Assembly: GCF_006345805.1 (NCBI RefSeq)
Contig: NW_021836371.1
Coordinates: forward strand, 1 to 24,339
Reading direction: 5' to 3'
DNA: 24,339 nt
Source of the DNA: Octopus sinensis
Lineage: Eukaryota
Shown: positions 23,158-24,339 of the stretch, in pieces
Layout of the letters: each line of letters starts with the position of its first letter
Position numbering within the stretch: position 1 is the stretch's first letter
Notes under the pieces: model-generated
What the model was told of the DNA's origin: nothing
The model's database searches: none
What the model saw: only the letters and a program-made list of their open reading frames with translations
Position numbers and translations under genes: made by a program

Positions 23158-23265
23158 GTAAGTAACCTTATGCTTGAATCCAACAGATTCTAGTAATATA
23201 TTATAGTAATATATTATAGCTCTGTCGCATATCACCTTATTCGATAACAATATTTTTTTTTCACC

Positions 23266-23455
23266 TTTTACTTGTTTCAGTTATTAAACCATGGGCATGA
23301 TTTGGCATCGCCTTAAACGATTAAACGAACAAATCGACACCAGAATTTCTTAAAGTCTTGTACTAATCGAATCTCTTTTGCCGAATCGCTAAGTTATGGA
23401 GATATACAGAAATTTACACAGGTTAACCAAACGATAAAGGGACACACACAAACAC
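23266..23455 (-). mobile_element. SINE family B, old 3' fragment
   Basis: ttttacttgtttcagt...aaatcgacacc...ctcttttgccgaatcgctaagttatgg. Confidence 0.7.
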
Positions 23456-23515
23456 GCGCGCGCACACACACACATGTGTATAGTAATAACAATAATAACA
23501 ATAAATACCGAACAC

Positions 23516-23564
<49 letters not shown>

Positions 23565-23668
23565 ATGATTTTAAAGAAATATATAAGCCTGGCGGTTATA
23601 TATATGTATGTATATATCTATGTATGTAGTATGCATATATGTGTGTATATACAAAAATATATGTATAC

Positions 23669-23833
23669 AGGCGTAGAAGTGGCTTGCTAACCAACCACAT
23701 GGTTCTGAGTTCAGTCCCACTGCGAGGCACCTTAGGCAAAGTGTCTTCTACTTAACCTCGGGCCGACCAAAGCCTGGTGAGTAGATTTGGTAGATGGAGT
23801 CTGAAAGAAGCCCGTTGTATATGAGTATATGTA

Positions 23834-23882
<49 letters not shown>

Positions 23883-24121
23883 TATAACATATATATATGT
23901 ATGTGTATGTGTGTGTGTGTGTCTGTTTTGTGTCTGTGTTTGTCCCCCAACATCGCTTGACAACCGATGCTGGTGTGTTTAAGTCCCCGTAACTTAGCAG
24001 TTCGGCAAAAAGAGACTGATAGAATAAGTACTAGGCTTATAAAGAATAAGTCCTGGGGTCGATCTGCCCTGACTAAAGGCGGTGCTCCAGCATGGCCACA
24101 GTCAAATGACTGTAACATGAG
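23669..24121 (+). mobile_element. SINE family B, near full length with expanded internal (TA)n/(TG)n
   Basis: Aligns with 2377-2772. Confidence 0.9.
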
Positions 24122-24339
24122 TGCCCGTATGTCCCTATTCACATGGATGTTTGTACTCCTATAACTTTATGCCGATATATTTAACCCTCTGTATTACTAA
24201 TGACAGCTTTTCTCAAGCAGTGTCGACCGAGGGCTAAACAACAAAAACAAAAACAATGGTAAGCATCGAAGAGGCTCATGATTTGCTAGAAATAGCAACC
24301 AACCACCATCGAATAACACACACTACTCTCTTGAAACAG

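Overview
Eukaryotic, repeat-saturated, mostly non-coding DNA. The SINE families and microsatellite load point to an octopus genome (inference). Almost all ORFs in the six-frame track are microsatellite or repeat artefacts. The window holds three tRNA-headed SINE families (called A, B, C here; about 19 copies or fragments), three non-autonomous Helitron-like (Lep1/HINE-type) fragments, a ~100-bp-unit dispersed/tandem repeat (family D), a MITE-like foldback with 61-bp perfect inverted repeats, and several Penelope-like terminal fragments. Gene evidence is weak: two candidate internal exons (255-374 minus; 23052-23157 plus) and a CpG-rich promoter-like patch near 17.2 kb; no gene could be named. 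Best findings: (1) a minimal type-I hammerhead ribozyme fold at 7900-7949 (minus) with a compensatory G3-C8 core swap, an extra base after A9 and a palindromic stem III, plus a decayed second one ~200 bp away; (2) a perfect 139-bp inverted copy of unique promoter-region DNA sitting inside a SINE's internal microsatellite; (3) one SINE body carrying three different 3' tails; (4) a GTCGA-N5-TCGAC stem-loop module shared by two otherwise different SINE families. All family assignments were made by eye without database searches.
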